Assembly (NCBI RefSeq): GCF_036321535.1
Contig: NC_087447.1
Coordinates: 38,070,001 to 38,134,000 of the forward strand
Direction of reading: 5' to 3'
DNA length: 64,000 bases
Origin: Camelus dromedarius
Taxonomy: Eukaryota
Shown: positions 13,288-29,140 of the stretch, piece by piece
Numbering within the stretch: position 1 is the stretch's first letter
How the letters are laid out: each line of letters opens with the position of its first letter
Notes under the pieces: model-generated
What the model was told of the DNA's origin: nothing
The model's database searches: none
Seen by the model: only the letters and a program-made list of their open reading frames with translations
Position numbers and translations under genes: made by a program

Positions 13288-15959
13288 TGACCTTATAAGT
13301 CCAATACCTCTCCTATTAGATAGTGTGGTGTGAAGTTCTTAATTTTGATTTCTTAGTTTACTAGTTCAAATTCTTGAGGAGGAATGTGATGGACTAAGCT
13401 TAGTCTATGGGTTAGAACTTGGGTTTGCTGTTAATTCTTGGATCAATGAACTGTGGCCAGAGGGAGTGGCTCATGTGATTCCAACAAGGTGGTCTAAACC
13501 ACATGGAGACTGAGAACTTTCCCAGGAAGGAAAGGTAGGCAATCAAACCTTCGTATTTTCTACCTCCTATTCAATCCTTAAATTGTCTCTCTTTTCTTCA
13601 GAAGGTTGAGGCACTGCAGGTATTGCTGTCTATCTTTCTCTTCTCCTGCGAAGCTCAACTGTGGGCATGGGGGATCTTCACAGGCAAGCTCAGTCTTGCC
13701 TGTTTCTTGAATCTGTCTACACAAGGTTAGCAGTACATTGAGGAGTGTCCTACATCTGCCAGCAGGTAGGATCTAGAAATTAGTCTGGCAACCATAAACA
13801 ACAAGTATCTGCTCTACTGTGTTGGTCTCCCCTCACCTCTCACTAGGTCTTTTTTTAAATAGATACAATTGACATTAGTTTCAGGTGTACAACATAATGA
13901 TAAGATATTTATATCTAATGCAAAATGATGGCAGTAAGTCTAGTTAACCAGGGGAATGGACACCATCTAATTCTCTTTCCTCCTAGAAGTCTTCTCCTGG
14001 CATACTGCAACTCATATGGTCTCCACGGACTAATGACCATGAACTGAGTATATTGACAAGGGAATCTTGTCAGTGCCATCGCTGTGGTGTCTTAGCTGCA
14101 ACTACAGTGAGTGCCCTGCCATGTGCACGTAGTTATCTCTGCTGCTGGGCTGTTCTTTGTAGAAGAAAGGTGGGATTCACCTTGTTTGTGTTGAAAATAA
14201 ATATTTATTGAATGAGTGAATTAGTAATGGGTAAATAAACAAGATAACCCTGTGCAGCATCCCTCTTGGTGGGGAAGTTTATGGACCTGGAAAATGTTCC
14301 CTGGTCAGCAACCCCTCAGAGTCCTGGTTCCCAGGAAAGCACCAGTGCCAGGTGGTATCAGGCATCTTAATCTTCTACTAGTGGAAGACACTTGAGCCCA
14401 GAGCAGGGGTTTGGGACAGACCTTATCTCTGAAACTGAGTAGGAATAAGGCTCCAAGGAATCTCTTCAGATGCAAGGACAGGACAGAGCAGGCATGAGGA
14501 GGAGGGGTGGGGAGAAGGGGAGGAAGAAGGATGTAGGAAGTGAACAGGGAAGAGGAGCACCCCCATCACCTCCTGTCCTATTTGAAAGTCCCACCCTGGA
14601 GCATGCAGCCTGGGTTCTGCAGTGCTCTTGGCTGCACCTCCCCACCAGGAATGATTAGTTTACAAGAAGGATTTGAAGCTTTCAGTGTCTCTCACTTAAT
14701 ATAGCAGCTGCTCTGACAATGACTCCATTTGGACAGCTGATTTCTCTTCCTTCATCCCATTAGAGGCAGCCCTTGCTCACCTCCATTTGTCTAAGGAGTC
14801 TGGGCTCCTTGGAGGGGAAAGGGAGGCCATTTATGGTAAATTATTCCATTAGAATCGGGAGCAAGAGTAGTTTCTCCCGTTGTCTGACAGGCTAATCCCA
14901 GGGCAACTAGAGAGGGCTGTGAATGTTTAATCTGTAGAATCCATTAGGGCTGTCAACAGGGAAGGGACAGCAAATAGCAGGGAAAGCAGTGAAGGGGCCT
15001 GGCCTGACTGCAGCTTCAGTAGCCGCCCTAAGACAGAGAGGAGGCACCTGAGGAGTAGGTGATGGAGGATGCAGAGGGAGGGGCAGAGCAGATCTGGGTG
15101 GCCCTCGTTCATGCCTGCCCCTCAGGGACTTTTAGTATGTTGATTCTCAACCATGTTATTTATTGCTAATTAATTGCTTTATGATCAGGGAACATGGTTT
15201 GATACATAGTCTGAAATTTACTGTCTTCCTTTATAGACAAGTACATGGTCAACTTTTATATATGTTCTTTGTATGTTTAAGAAAAATGGTCTCTGTTGGA
15301 TTTGGTTCTATGTATGTCCAATAATAATACAAGACTGTTCATTGTGCTATTTATATTTTTACTAACTTCTGGTCTATTTACCTTACTGAATGTGTTTAAT
15401 TTCCCACTCAGGTTGTAGATTTGTCAGTTTTTCTCTGTAGTTCTACCAACTTTTGATTCATGTATTTTTGAGACTATTAGATAAATATGTGTATTTTACG
15501 TACTTGGTGAATTTTCTCCTCTACAAAACATAATAACATCTATGTTATAAGGGCTGTAACGAAACAGAAATACCTAAAATATTTTTTTATCACGTATCAT
15601 AGGCATTGTTCTTAGTGATTTTTATAACTAATGCATCATGAGTACTAGAAGATATTATTGCAGTCTCTTCTGGCTTCCACTGTTGGTATTGAGAAGTTTA
15701 CTGTCAGTCTAATAGCTGTTCCTTCCTGGTGACTTTTTAATCTCTTATTGCTTGCTCATTTTTTTGTCATTCCATATTTTATTTCCTTAAACATTTCGTA
15801 CATGCTTCTTTTGTATTGTTTTTGATAATGCAGTGCAGCATCTGAAGATATTCTGAGGAGTTTAAATCTGCTGTTTCTGCTACTTTTAACTTACGTTTGT
15901 TTCCTTGTGTCTGCAGTTTTATCAAGGTTCTCCAGAGAAAGAGAACCAATAGAATATAC

Positions 15960-16560
15960 CCTCCATCACATCCAAGACCTCCTTCTCCAGTACACCCTGT
16001 CTCAGTGAATTACACTGACAGTTGCCCAAATCGCAAATCTGAAAGTCACCATCATCTCTTTCTTACCATCATATGCAATTAATCTGGGCAAATTGAGCCT
16101 GCATCTTAAATCTCAAGTCCATTCGTTTCCCGTTCTGCAGTCTATCCCTGAGTGTGGATCCCTGAGGCCTCTTCATGTCTAATCTTACTCTTCTACTCAA
16201 CATGTTACTTCAATGATCCTCGTAAAGTGTGAATTTAATTATGTCACTTTCAGATTTAAACTCTAAATTTTTTCCCATTTCCTTTTGGAATAAAATTTAA
16301 GTGGTATGTCATGCTTTACAAGGCCCTTCATTAACCACCCTCTCTCTACCATTCCCTCTTTTTGCACTCTAAGTTCCAGCCACCCTAAATCTCTTTTGGC
16401 TCTTCCAAAGTAGGGATGCTGTCTCCTTTCCTGGCCTCTACACATTGTTATTCTCTGTCCACAAACAGTCATTTCCAAAGTAACTCGTTAAGTCTTCAGT
16501 TCTCAGCATTAAACTCCCTTGCCTCTGGGAAGCTTTCATCTAGCTCCACGTACCAGTCGT
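15960..16560. mobile_element. Ancient LINE-2 fragment
   Basis: Decayed pyrimidine-rich L2-like motifs (ACAAGGCCCTTCAT, CTAAGTTCCAGCCACCCT); boundaries approximate. Confidence 0.45.
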
Positions 16561-16749
16561 CCCCACACACCCTCTAGGGCTGCTCAGATTGGCCTGGCAA
16601 GTATAATGGAGAGACCAGAGTTGGCTCTATTCCTCTCTTTTGTTCCTACCAGATGATACAATATAGACAGAGACTTAAGCAATACCAGAATTTCCAGGAT
16701 TCTTGTAAAAATAAGTAGAAAAATACAACAGCACCAGCAGAGTAGTGAG

Positions 16750-19206
16750 AATAGCTGGATATAGCCTTCAAATCATGAAATAACTTTAAAAGCAGATTTT
16801 TATGGAGAAAAATGTCAGTAAGCACATAGATACATGACAGCACTACAAGATTATTTCTTAAAGACTATGACTTAAAACAACAGCAAATTCATGATGAAAA
16901 TGATTCTAATAAAAAAAAAAACTAATCTGATTCAGTAGTAACCAAAATAGAATCTCCAATATGGCTTGTAATAATTTCTCAAGCGAGAGTCCATCTAATA
17001 GTGCTGTTTATACTTAACATTCATTTTTAAAATTTATGACTTTAAGTTTCACCAAGAACACTTTTTAGTGTTCGAGTTATTTTAATACATGTCAATTATT
17101 TAACAAAGGTTAAATAATTAAAGGGTTAAATTACTTTAAATTGAGTTTTCAGTAATAGCATTTTTAAGAGAATAAAAACATGCTTCTTTTGAGAAAATAA
17201 AAATACACACTAAACAGCCCAGTACAAAATTTTAATAAAATAGAAAGTGAGGAAATTTGAGTCTCATTATGCATACATGCACATGTGTGAATTTATACAT
17301 ATATGTACTTTGCAATAGCAGAAATATGTAAAATGTACTCTAGAGAAACAAGCACAGGATATATACATTATAAGGGCAAACTCAATAATAAATTAGTTAA
17401 AATTTTATTACTCAGTAATGAAGGACCAGTTTACAGTGATGTGGCAATGGTAGCAAAAGTAGTAGGAAGGAACTCAACACGCAACGTATCTAATAAATAA
17501 AGCTTAGTGAGTCATTAAATATTACGATACCATACAGGATCAAGACATTCAACACTAACATAAATTTTTAATTGATACCTTTTAGATAAGCTAAATATTC
17601 TAGGAAGGTAAGAAACTGCCTGCTGACATACTTTAAATAAAAGAATTACCTTTGAAAATTAATGGTTTCACTGTCAACAAAAGGTGCATGGACCCAATAT
17701 AATATGGTTTCCAAAAATAATGAAAAATATTAGTCTACCGTCTTGCTATTATTTTGGCTGTTCTCTTTATCTTCAAAAAATTTCCACAACTAGGCTATAT
17801 TTGGTCCCCAACAAGTATATAAACATGGTCTATTTTCTTTGCAATTATCTTAATGTGCTTTTGTGTAAAATGATTTACTAAAATATTTAGATTTTTTTAA
17901 TATAAAAATTAAATCAGTACTCCCACAATTTACTTTATCTCAAAAATTAAGCTTGCAGTTTGGCTCTAGAAGTATTGAGTAGTCACAGGTCATTTCTGTC
18001 ACGTAGTCTCATGGCAGACGGAAATGAACAGAAAGATGAACATTAGTTTTACAGTAACTAAACACATGACACCCAAGATATGGACCTAAAGATAAGCACA
18101 TATTCCAATTATTCAATGTATGTGGCGTTTAGAGCTCACACTATTTCACATGTTCTTTATCTCTGATGTGATGAATTTCATTTAACTTCTGTATTAAGGC
18201 AAAAGATACACATCTTTTTCTTGGCTTTAATTAGTCTCAAATTTATGTAAGAAGAGAGAAAATAATGCTCATTTCATAGACGGTTAAACATCAATATTAA
18301 GATACTTTTTTTTTCCTTCTGACAAGTTCTGCTGTGTTTATATTAAACTAAATGTTTAAAAATACTAATCCTGAGCAAGAGTAAAAATAAGAACAGTTTT
18401 AACTAAAGAATAAAATCCCTTCATTAAAACTAAACACCTTTAAAAATTCAACCATGGAATATAGAGTCAATGAATCTGGAATTCAGACTTCTGACGTCCA
18501 AAGCAAACCTGAGTACCCCGAACAGAAAGAACACACGGTAGGTAACAGCAGTAAAAAGCATCAGAAATTGATGCACCTGGATTTTGTTAAATATAACAAA
18601 GGTTACTCAGTCCTTCATGGATAAACCTAGCTGGAGAACAGCACTGAACATTGTACTGCATTGAACAGACCCCTCAAGGCAACACTGGATTTCTTTTTCA
18701 GATAGGCACAGATTTTTTTTTTCCTTCCTAAAATATCCCAAGACATAAAAGACACATTTGGAAATATGAGTCCTATTTTTGGTGTATGTGTTGTTTTGTT
18801 TCTGTTTCTTTGTTTGTTTTGAATCCTGTTTTCATGAAAGCAAAAAAGTTTTGGCCACTTTGGAAATTGAAGTCACTTGAGTTTTTAGTTATAGCTCCCC
18901 CCTCATGAACAATAAGAGCCTTCTAGCCAGCAAAGCAGTATTACAACAAAGTATTTATACACCAGTAAAGGCATTAAATAAGAGCTTGGCAACACAAGTC
19001 GTCTGAAGCCAAGCTCTGTGGATACGTTTTCAGTTCGTGCGGTGAAAGTGCACCAGAGTGGGACGCTGCCAGCACAGCAAGGGTCTTCTCAAAGTGTCAA
19101 GGCCTGTCCCCGAGGAGCGGTCCGGTCCTTTCGGAGTCAGCACAGTGAGCACTAGGCAGTGACTTCCTCCACCTGGTGCAGCCCTTGGGGCCTTACGCCC
19201 TTTCTT
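16750..19206 (-). other. PDE3B: PDE3B 3' UTR (distal end uncertain)
   Basis: Repeat-free AU-rich sequence after the stop codon; candidate minus-strand ATTAAA signals at 17231-17236 and 17081-17086. Confidence 0.55.
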
Positions 19207-19446
<240 letters not shown>

Positions 19447-20553
19447 CTAATCATAGCAATATGATCCAATCATTCAATAAGTATCTGAGTGCCTGCTGTA
19501 TTCCAGACATTTACCTAACTGCTAGGGGTTATAGTTATAAGAAGACTGAAATATCCCTGCACTATGGAGCGCTGTTTCTGGTGGGAAGACCTAGACGAGC
19601 AAAGGAGCAAGACACAAGCTTGTTGTTAGATGATGTTATTATAGATAAAAATAGAGAAGAGGATTAGGGAAGACTGGGTGAGGTGGGAGTTGGGGGAGAA
19701 GGGAGGCTGGGACTGAGATTTCAAGTGATAAATAATAATGCAAAGTAAAAACCAACATTTTAAGAGGTTTTAAAAAATGTATTAAACACAATTATCACAA
19801 TTTTGGTAAGTATAAATAATTTTTAGAAGCCAGTCAACTCTCCCAAAATGACATCAGGTGGTAATGGCATAAGATTACTCTTCACTATGTTAATCCTGAA
19901 TGCAAGGTAGGGTGGGAGGGAGTTCTTTGTAGTTATCTGTTCTGATTTATAGCATGCTTGGGAAACAAAAATAATTAGCTAGATGTAATTTAAATACTAC
20001 TTTAAAAAGCAAATAACTGACTTCATTTATAGTTACAAAGATAACATGTTTCTTTTTCATTTTCCATTTATACTCATTGCTTTATATAGAAAACTATGCA
20101 TTACAGTTTGGAAGTTCAAAGCCATAATGCCACACAACTTGGTTTTCCTCTCAGAGTCAGGGAATATGTGGTTTTCCACTTCTCCCAGCTGTGCTGAACT
20201 ATTTCCTAAGTCTATATGAAGGGCATGTTAACAGACAGGAGAGCGGTGTGAGGAGGGGTCAGGCAAGGGGGGACTAGCCACCAGGGCCCAGTCACCTCAC
20301 ATACACTGAGTTCTGGTGGCAGCCCCAGCATGCGTGCACAGGGAGAGCCCAACACCTCCAGAGATGCTGCTTCAGCTAAGGATGCTTGTTGTGTGGCAGC
20401 ATTAGCAGGGCACCCAAACAGTAGTTAGTCAAAACGAGGCTATTCAATATTAACGTTTAGACAGTCGTTACTTAAGATATAACTACTGAATCTGTATCTT
20501 AAAAACAAAGATCCGAATCCCAATTAAGTGGACATTTGCAGTTAATAACATTA

Positions 20554-20844
<291 letters not shown>

Positions 20845-22199
20845 TTAAAGAGAAAAGTACATCTTTAACTGTTGAGCTTTGCTGTTAAAATTATCTTGAG
20901 GTTTTTTTAAATAAGCACAGTCTACCTCAAAATTTTTACAAAGATGTATCAATGAATCTAATTACTGTCATTCCAACTGTAAAAATTTCTCTAATATTTC
21001 AGAAATCCAAAACTAGACATTAGTTTCACACTCCCAGTCAACAAGTATGGTTGATATTTAGGTAACAAGAAAAATATACATCTTTTAAAATGCGTCAGCA
21101 AATTTACTAATAAACAAAAATTATATTTTAATAGAATATATAAATTCTATATAAATTACCAAGATTCTGTAATTAAATATAGAGCCTCTTTCTCTTAGGG
21201 GTAGACTGTATGATGGAAAAAGGTTTATTGCTGTAGTTTTACATTGAATGTACAGAGTTGAGTTATGTAAATGCCTTTCAACTCCCCCCCCCTTTGCCTT
21301 TCCCCTTTTTTTGTAACAGTAGAACCGTTTAATGAATCTAAATCAGAAAACTCAATATGTAAAAACAGACAGAAGTAGAGCTACTGTGCTTGGGGTGAGG
21401 ATCTGGGCCCAGGGACACCCTCCCACTGTGGTCTCCAGGGTTCTGGAGAGCACAGCTGGAGTTCAGACAGATGTGGTTTCAAAACCTGATTTTGCCACCT
21501 ACCACCCATGTGGTGTTTGGCAAGCTCTATTCTCAATTCACATGTAATAGTTGAGTAATAATCTATAGATTTGCTGTGAGGATGAAAAGCAGTATTATAT
21601 AAAATGTTGAGCAGTCCCCAAGTGGCACTGTTAACGTTTTAGTGCCTGGTGTCTGAACTGGTAGGGAGTGAATACTTCCCCGGTGCACAAATTCTGCAGG
21701 CAAGCAGTGCCTGTCTGTGCTAAGTCAAGACAGCCCTGAGGAGACAACCAGAAACTGTCCTGTGATTAAAAATCTTATGTGACTTTATCTTCTGTGAAGA
21801 AGAGAATTATTAATGTTTAAAAAAAAAAAACCGTTACAGGATTCAACAGTTTCGTAGATTTGGCTTTTTTTTTTTTAAATAGGAGCTTGGCTTTTCTAAG
21901 CCCACGGCACATAAATGGCTATAGAAGTACAAAGATTACACAATTATGATAATAAAAGGGTAAAACGTTGGGCAAGGTGAGAAAATTTTGTCCATATCTG
22001 AAGGATGTTCAATAGCATAATGAGATTGAGAAGGAAATTAATCATTTTGAAGAGGGTGGACTGAGACTTTTCACGTAGATTGGTACATGTAACCTTCATG
22101 ACAACTCTGTGTGGTAGGGTGTCAGATGACATTTTTCCCATTTGACATATGAATAATGAATCTTAGAAAGATTAGGTGAAACTGAAATATATTTTTAGT

Positions 22200-22410
22200 G
22201 ATCTTATTTATTGAGCAGTTATGTGTCAGGAACTGTTCTAAGAACTTTACATAAATTAATTCATTTAATCCTCACAGCAGCCTTATGAGCTGCCATCAAT
22301 ATTCCTATTTTCTCAATGAGGAAATTGAGGCACAGAGAGGTTAAGTAACTTGCCCAAGGTCACACTGCTGCTAACAAAGAGGAGCCAGGATTCGAACCTC
22401 AGGCATGGCT
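22200..22410. mobile_element. MIR SINE
   Basis: Core ATGAGGAAATTGAGGCACAGAGAGGTTAAGTAACTTGCCCAAGGTCACAC. Confidence 0.85.
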
Positions 22411-22645
22411 TCTAAGTTTATTTGGTAAGAATTAATTCTCTGTACTTTAAAAATGTATTATAAAATGGGTCTAAATGAAATTTTCTAATACTCTTTCACT
22501 GAATTAGTGAGTTTCCTAAAATTGGTATATACTAGCACCTTCTTATTACCTCTGTTGGTACAGATAATATAAAGGCAGCATTTCCTTAGCATAAAATTCC
22601 TAGGTGAACATGAACTGAAGCCAGAAGCAGGCTTCAGGTACCTTT

Positions 22646-24301
22646 TTTGTTTTTGTTTTTGTTTTTTTTTTCATATTTTTATTGAAGTATAGTCATTTTA
22701 CAATGTTGTGTCAGTTTCTGGTGTACAGCATAGTGCTTCAGTCATATAGGAACATACAAACATTCATTTTCATATTCCTTTTCACCATAAGTTACTACAA
22801 GACATTGAATATGGTTCCCTGTGCTGTACAGTATGTACTTATTGCCTATCCATTTTACATATATTAGTGTCTGCAAATCTCGAACTCCCGCTTTATCCTT
22901 TCCCACTCCCTCCCCTACAGGTAACCATAAGTTTGTTTTCTATGTCTGGGAGTCTGTTTCTGTTTTATAAATATGTTCGTGTGTCTTTTTTTTTAGATTC
23001 CACATATAAGTGATATCATATGGTATTTTTCTTTCTCTGTCTGACTTACTTAGAATGACAATTTCCAGGTCCATCCATTTGTTGCTGCAAATGGATGTCG
23101 CAAAGTTTTGTTATTTTTTATGGCTGAGTAGTATTCCATTGTATAAATATACCACAGCTTCTTTATCCAGTCATCTGTCAACAGACATTTAGGTTGCTTC
23201 CATGTCTTGACTATTATAAATAGCGCTGCTATGAACATTGGGGTGCATGTATCTTTTTGAATTAAGGTTCCCTCTGGATACATGCCCAGGGCTGGGATTG
23301 CTGGATCATATGGTAAGTTTATTTTTAGTCTTTTGAAGAATCTCCATACTGTTTCCCATAATGGCTGCACCAAACTACATTCCCACCGACAGTGTAGGAG
23401 GGTTCCCTTTTCTCCACACCCTCTTCAGCATTTATCATTTGTGGACTTTTGAATGATGGCCATTCTGACTGGTGTGAGGTGATAACCTCATTGTAGTTTG
23501 ACTTGCATTTCTCTGATAATTAGGAATATTGAACATTTTTTCATGTGCCGATTGGCCATTTGTATGTCTTCCTTGGAGAATTGCTTATTTAGGTTTTCCA
23601 CCCATTTTTGGATTGGGTTGTTTGGTTTTTTTTTTTTCTTAAGTTGTATAAGCTGTTTATATATTCTGGAAATTAAGCCCTTGTCAGCCTCATCTTTTGC
23701 AAATATTTTCTCCCATTCTGTAGGTTATCTTTTTGTTTTGCTTATGGTTTCCTTTGCTGTGCAAAAGCTGATAAGTTTAATTAGGTCCCATTTGTTTATT
23801 TTTGCTTTTATTTCTATTGCCTGGGTAGATTGTCCTAGGAGAACATTGCTGAGATTTATGTCAGATAATGTTTTGCCTATATGTTTTCTCCAAAGAGGTT
23901 TATAGTGTCTTGTCTTATGTTCAAGTCTTTAAGCCATTAGTTTATTTTTGTATATTGTGTGAGGGAGTGTTCTAACTTCATTAATTTACATGCAGCTGTC
24001 CAGTTTTCCCAACACCATTTGCTGAAGAGACTGTCTTTACTCCATTGTATGTTCTTGCCTCCTTTGTCAAAGATTAATTGACCAAAAGTTTATGTGTGTA
24101 TTTCTGGGCTCTCTATTCTGTTCCATTAATCTATATGTCTGTTTTTGTAGCAATAATATGCTTTTTTGATTACTGTAGCTCTGTAGTGTTGTCTGAAGTC
24201 TGGGGGAGGGTATTCCTCCAGCTTCATCTTTTTCTTCAGTAATTCTTTGGCAATTATGGGTCTTTTGTGATTCCATATAAATTTTAGGATTATTTGTTCT
24301 A
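22646..24301 (-). mobile_element. 5'-truncated LINE-1 (ORF2 C-terminal 1.65 kb), relatively young
   Basis: ORF 23050..23373 is the L1 ORF2 end (LPYDPAIP...CTPMFIAALF...WKQPKC...WIKKLWYIYTMEYYSA); T-rich tail; TSD TTCAG(G/T)TACCTT at 22633-22644 and 24302-24313. Confidence 0.93.
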
Positions 24302-24798
24302 TTCAGTTACCTTTGAGAATGAGGATGAGACTATGCAAACCTAGTATATATACTGCAATTCACAAATTAGGTAAATATTTATAACCATTTATTACCCCAA
24401 TTATATATAATTTAGTTCAAATGTATCAGAAAAAAGTATTCCAAGATTATCACTAAGATTTTAGCTCTGATTTCTTACCCGCTGCCAGGACTTTTACCCA
24501 GTTGATGTTTCTAAGGCAGTTTTTCTATAGCAGAGTTTAAAATGGGTTGATATTTTAAAAGTTTAAGTATACTCTGAATCAATTCAATAACTTTTAGAAA
24601 TAAATTATCCTTAGTTATAGGCTCTCGGGGTTCAAGAGGACCTTAGAATCATAACGTGGTCTGTCCTCAGCACTAGACTTGAATATATTCAACCTACTTC
24701 GGATAGACAATAAGCTAGTTTTTACGCAACAAAGGCAAAAGAGCTGAGAAAATACTAAGACCAGAGCAAATGCAACAATTTCTAACCATTTTTGGTCA

Positions 24799-25068
<270 letters not shown>

Positions 25069-25359
25069 CTAGTTTGGAAAAAGAAAATTATGTTAGGTGC
25101 TGAGGGCACAGGAGTTTTGTTGTGTTTTCGTTTGTGTGTTTTCTTTTAACCAAATGATCTTAAAACTGTTTCCTGTCCAAATGACAGGAAGGAATTTCAG
25201 TAAATGTTTCTTTTAATTGGTTTGTATCATAACATGTATCTGTGGGTTAAATTTCCCTTTGAAGTGTCATAATTTTGTCAAAGGAAGCGGGGCACTGTAA
25301 AAGCATAACAAAACAAAACAGGTTCCTATATTTGTGATTACCATAGAAAACTGTAATTT

Positions 25360-25520
25360 ATGTATATTATATATTATACATATATAATGTTATTAATATA
25401 TGTGCATATTATACATATATTAGATATATATTAATATATAATATACACAAATATATTAATATATAAAGTGCATCATATAAAATATATAAGTATGTGTGTA
25501 TATATATATACATATACACA
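25360..25520. repeat. AT-rich low-complexity / degenerate (TA)n
   Basis: Runs of TATA/ATAT visible in the sequence. Confidence 0.8.
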
Positions 25521-27086
25521 AAAACAAATCATTTAAGAATTGTAACGATTTCTACCTCAAAAAGGAACACTTAAGAAGTTTGCTTTATCTATAAAAGGCA
25601 ACATGATACAGTTGAAAGAACACAAGTCTTAGAAGCTGGTCTCTATGATTTTAAATCCTGACTCAATGAATTAGTAAATGATTCTAACACTGGAAATACT
25701 ACTTAAGCTCCCTGAGTCAATCTTTCTTCATCTATAAAAATAGGAAAAGTAATATCAATCTAGCCAAATTTCCACGATTAACAAATGAAAAATGTATGGT
25801 TCATAGTAAATGCTAACATTGTTATTTAAATGTTAATTATCAGGCAAGTCACTATGCCTTTGAAGAACTCAAATTTCCTCCTGTAACAGATAGAGTGAAT
25901 GGGCCAGATCAGTGGCTTTGGAACTTTATTGTGATGGTAGATTTTTTGGCAACCAACCCTCTGGTCAAAGGTAATTTTATGTAGACCACCACTATAGAAA
26001 ATAGTTAAAAAGAAAGGCTCTTTAGACTGAAACGGTGTAATCTAGAGTCCCACTCATATGGCATTTTCTTGAGGCTACAGAATAGAAGTCTCTGAGGAAC
26101 AGAGATTCAAAAGCTTTGGGCTAATCTTTCACTTGTAAAAACTTTTATTTATTCTGACTTACGCACTTAAACTTTTATTAAGTAAAAATAAAATAGAGCT
26201 GTATAACTATGAAATAATTTTAAGGGCATACTGGTTTCTTGCTAATTTTTTTAAGCTGTTGTAATATTGATAAAATGCAACATATAAGTCTCCTTCCAGT
26301 GAGTCAAATCTAGTACTCCTTTGATACCCATTCCTCTACCCTGAAGGTACACCTTCCTTTAGGACACAAATGTCACCAAGAAAACAGCAGCTTCCTGCCT
26401 GTAAAAGATGGGACATCCTTCCCTGAGGAACCAAAACAATGGTTCTCAACTCTTTTTCACCCCAATGTCTGAGGCATAAAACACACTCCCATTAGTACCA
26501 CCATCACATGAGGGCAATGATTCTCAATTCCATGGTGAATGTGAGTTCACTGAGGGCAGAAACTTTGACCTGTTCATTCCTTATTCTTCTTGAGCACAAT
26601 GATTGCAGGCAGTGGGCAATCCCAATAAACAGCAGTTCAGTGAGTGCATTATTGTCAAGTACTTCTCCAATGCTACCAGCCAGCTAAACACTTAATAACA
26701 TAAAGAACGCTAACAGGTGCCACAAAGTAGGCATAACTGGCTTCTTAGAAACACATCTTCAACTTCATAAAATGCCTCACTCGGCAGTGTGCACAGCATT
26801 CTCAATTCTGCCTCTAAAAGCTTCAGTTGACATAATTAGTTGGTCATTGTGTGAAAGAGTCACAATATAAGTGTATCAGAAAGGAAATGTAGCAAGCAAT
26901 TGTAGTTTTGGACATGTTATAATAATGTTTTATTTTTTTAAATCTTGGCATATATATTGTCTTACATTAGATTTATCACAACTTTATGAGTGGTATTCTA
27001 ATTTAACATTAAAATGCTGTAATATTTACTGTAATAACTAATACAGTAATGCAGACAATGATTTCCACTCTTGAAACCAGGAATTA

Positions 27087-27305
<219 letters not shown>

Positions 27306-28319
27306 CTAAAAAGGAACAAGAAAAATGAGGCAGGCATCTCAAAGATACTGAACTTTAATAATAAAGTTATGAGTTAGGATCAGGTTGGAAGGATACAATA
27401 AGTACCTACTACATGCCAGGCATTTTAATACCTGTGAAGAAGAGTTGATACAATTTTGTAAACAAGTAGACTGATGTGCAAAAGAGGATAAGGTACATCT
27501 TTCCAGCATACACAGCTAGTAAGCGAAAGGGTAATTTGTCTCTAAATTTTATCTTTTTTGCAGATACCACGCTGCCTACCAAGAGATGTAAAGTTGATAT
27601 TTGAGGTCTTCTCCACTAAATCAGTAACTCTTCTCAGATGAATCTTCTTTTAATAAAGTCATTAGGGATAGAGAGCCGGTTTAAGGATACCTTACTGTTC
27701 TTTAGCCAGCATGGAATGAACGCTGGTGCTGATGGAAGGTGAACGAGACCCACATGTATGAGAAGGGCACATCTGTACTTCCAACCCTGACTCAGTGCTT
27801 GGGAGTCAGACAGACCTATCAAACAGGTAGAAGCACAAATCCTCTGGTTCAAGTGGTGTAGATCTATTCACTTTTTCTCCACTCCAGTAGAAGACCCTGA
27901 GGTACCTGCTCAGTAGTCTAGGATTTGGGAATACAGATTTTAAAAACCTGTATTATTGAATTATTAAAGATTATAGAATTTTTAAAGCTTCTTCCACCTC
28001 TAACAAGTAAGCAACTTTTAAAATTATTGAATAAGCATAGTAATTACTAAAAGAACTCTCATAGCCGGTGCTAAAGACTGAGGATAAAAACGACAACCCT
28101 GTCCTTATTTTCAGAGCTTCCTGTCTAGTGGAAAAGAACAGATAAAAACTATAGTGCAATCTCAGTTAAGATGCATATTCTGAGCCTAATTAAATCACTT
28201 TACATACTTGTGAAAATTACCTATTGTCTAGATTTAAACATAGACACTTACCATTTGATTGTGTTTTTACATCATTTGATTCTATCTAAGCAGTGATATA
28301 ATTTAAACTTTGCAGAGGG

Positions 28320-28850
28320 CCATACAAAGGCTGGAAACAATCTATGTCCATCAATGGATGAATAGACAAGTAAACAGATGAAGATATATATATATATAGA
28401 GAGAGACACACACACACAATGGAATATTTTTTAGTCATGAGAAAGAAGGAAGTCTTGCCATTTGGTAGACATGGATGGATCTTGAGAGCATTATGCTAAG
28501 TGAGGTAAGTCAGAGAAATACAAATGCTGTGTGACATCACTTATATGTGTAAGTGGAACTAAGTGGTTACCGGGGCTGTGGGGGTGGGGGAACCGGGGAA
28601 ATGTTGGACTAAGTGCAAACTTGCAGTCAGAAAATGAACAAGGTCTGGGGATATAATATACACTGTGATTATAATTAACAATAATGTATTATATACTTGG
28701 AAGTTGCTAAGAGACTAGATCTTAAATGTTCTTACCACACATAGGAAAAAGATAATTATGTGATGTGATGGAGGTGTAAGCTATCACTGTGGTAGTAACC
28801 ACATTATACTATATGTATCAATTAAAACATTGTACACCTTAAACTTCAAA
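28320..28850 (+). mobile_element. LINE-1 3' end (L1MA/MB-like)
   Basis: TGTCCATCAATGGATGAAT; ACATGGATGGATCTTGAGAGCATTATGCTAAGTGA; TTGTACACCTTAAAC. Confidence 0.8.
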
Positions 28851-29053
28851 GACTTCCTAAGGGGTCAACTTACGTTTAATACTGGTTTAACTAATTCACG
28901 CTTAAATCTGATGAAGACTGATAAGCTACTTCAGGAAGAAGTAATCAAACTCCTGGCTCAATAAAGCACAATGTATAATGAGTGCCCTATAAAGCTAGCT
29001 GACTTAAACTCTCAGCTAGTGAGATCAGCAAAAGAAATTAGTTTAAAATTCCT

Positions 29054-29140
29054 GGGGGAGGGTAATGTCTTAGTGGTAGAGCAAGTGCTTAACATGCACA
29101 AGGTCCTGGGTTCTATCCTCAGAACCTCCGCTGAAAAAAA
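29054..29140 (+). mobile_element. tRNA-derived SINE (Vic-1-like, short form)
   Basis: GGGGGAGGGT...AGTGGTAGAGC...GGTCCTGGGTTCTATCC, A tail, AAAATTCCT on both flanks. Confidence 0.85.

Noticed and set aside
23498..23905. 135-aa ORF
   Set aside because: Antisense reading of L1 ORF2, a common artefact
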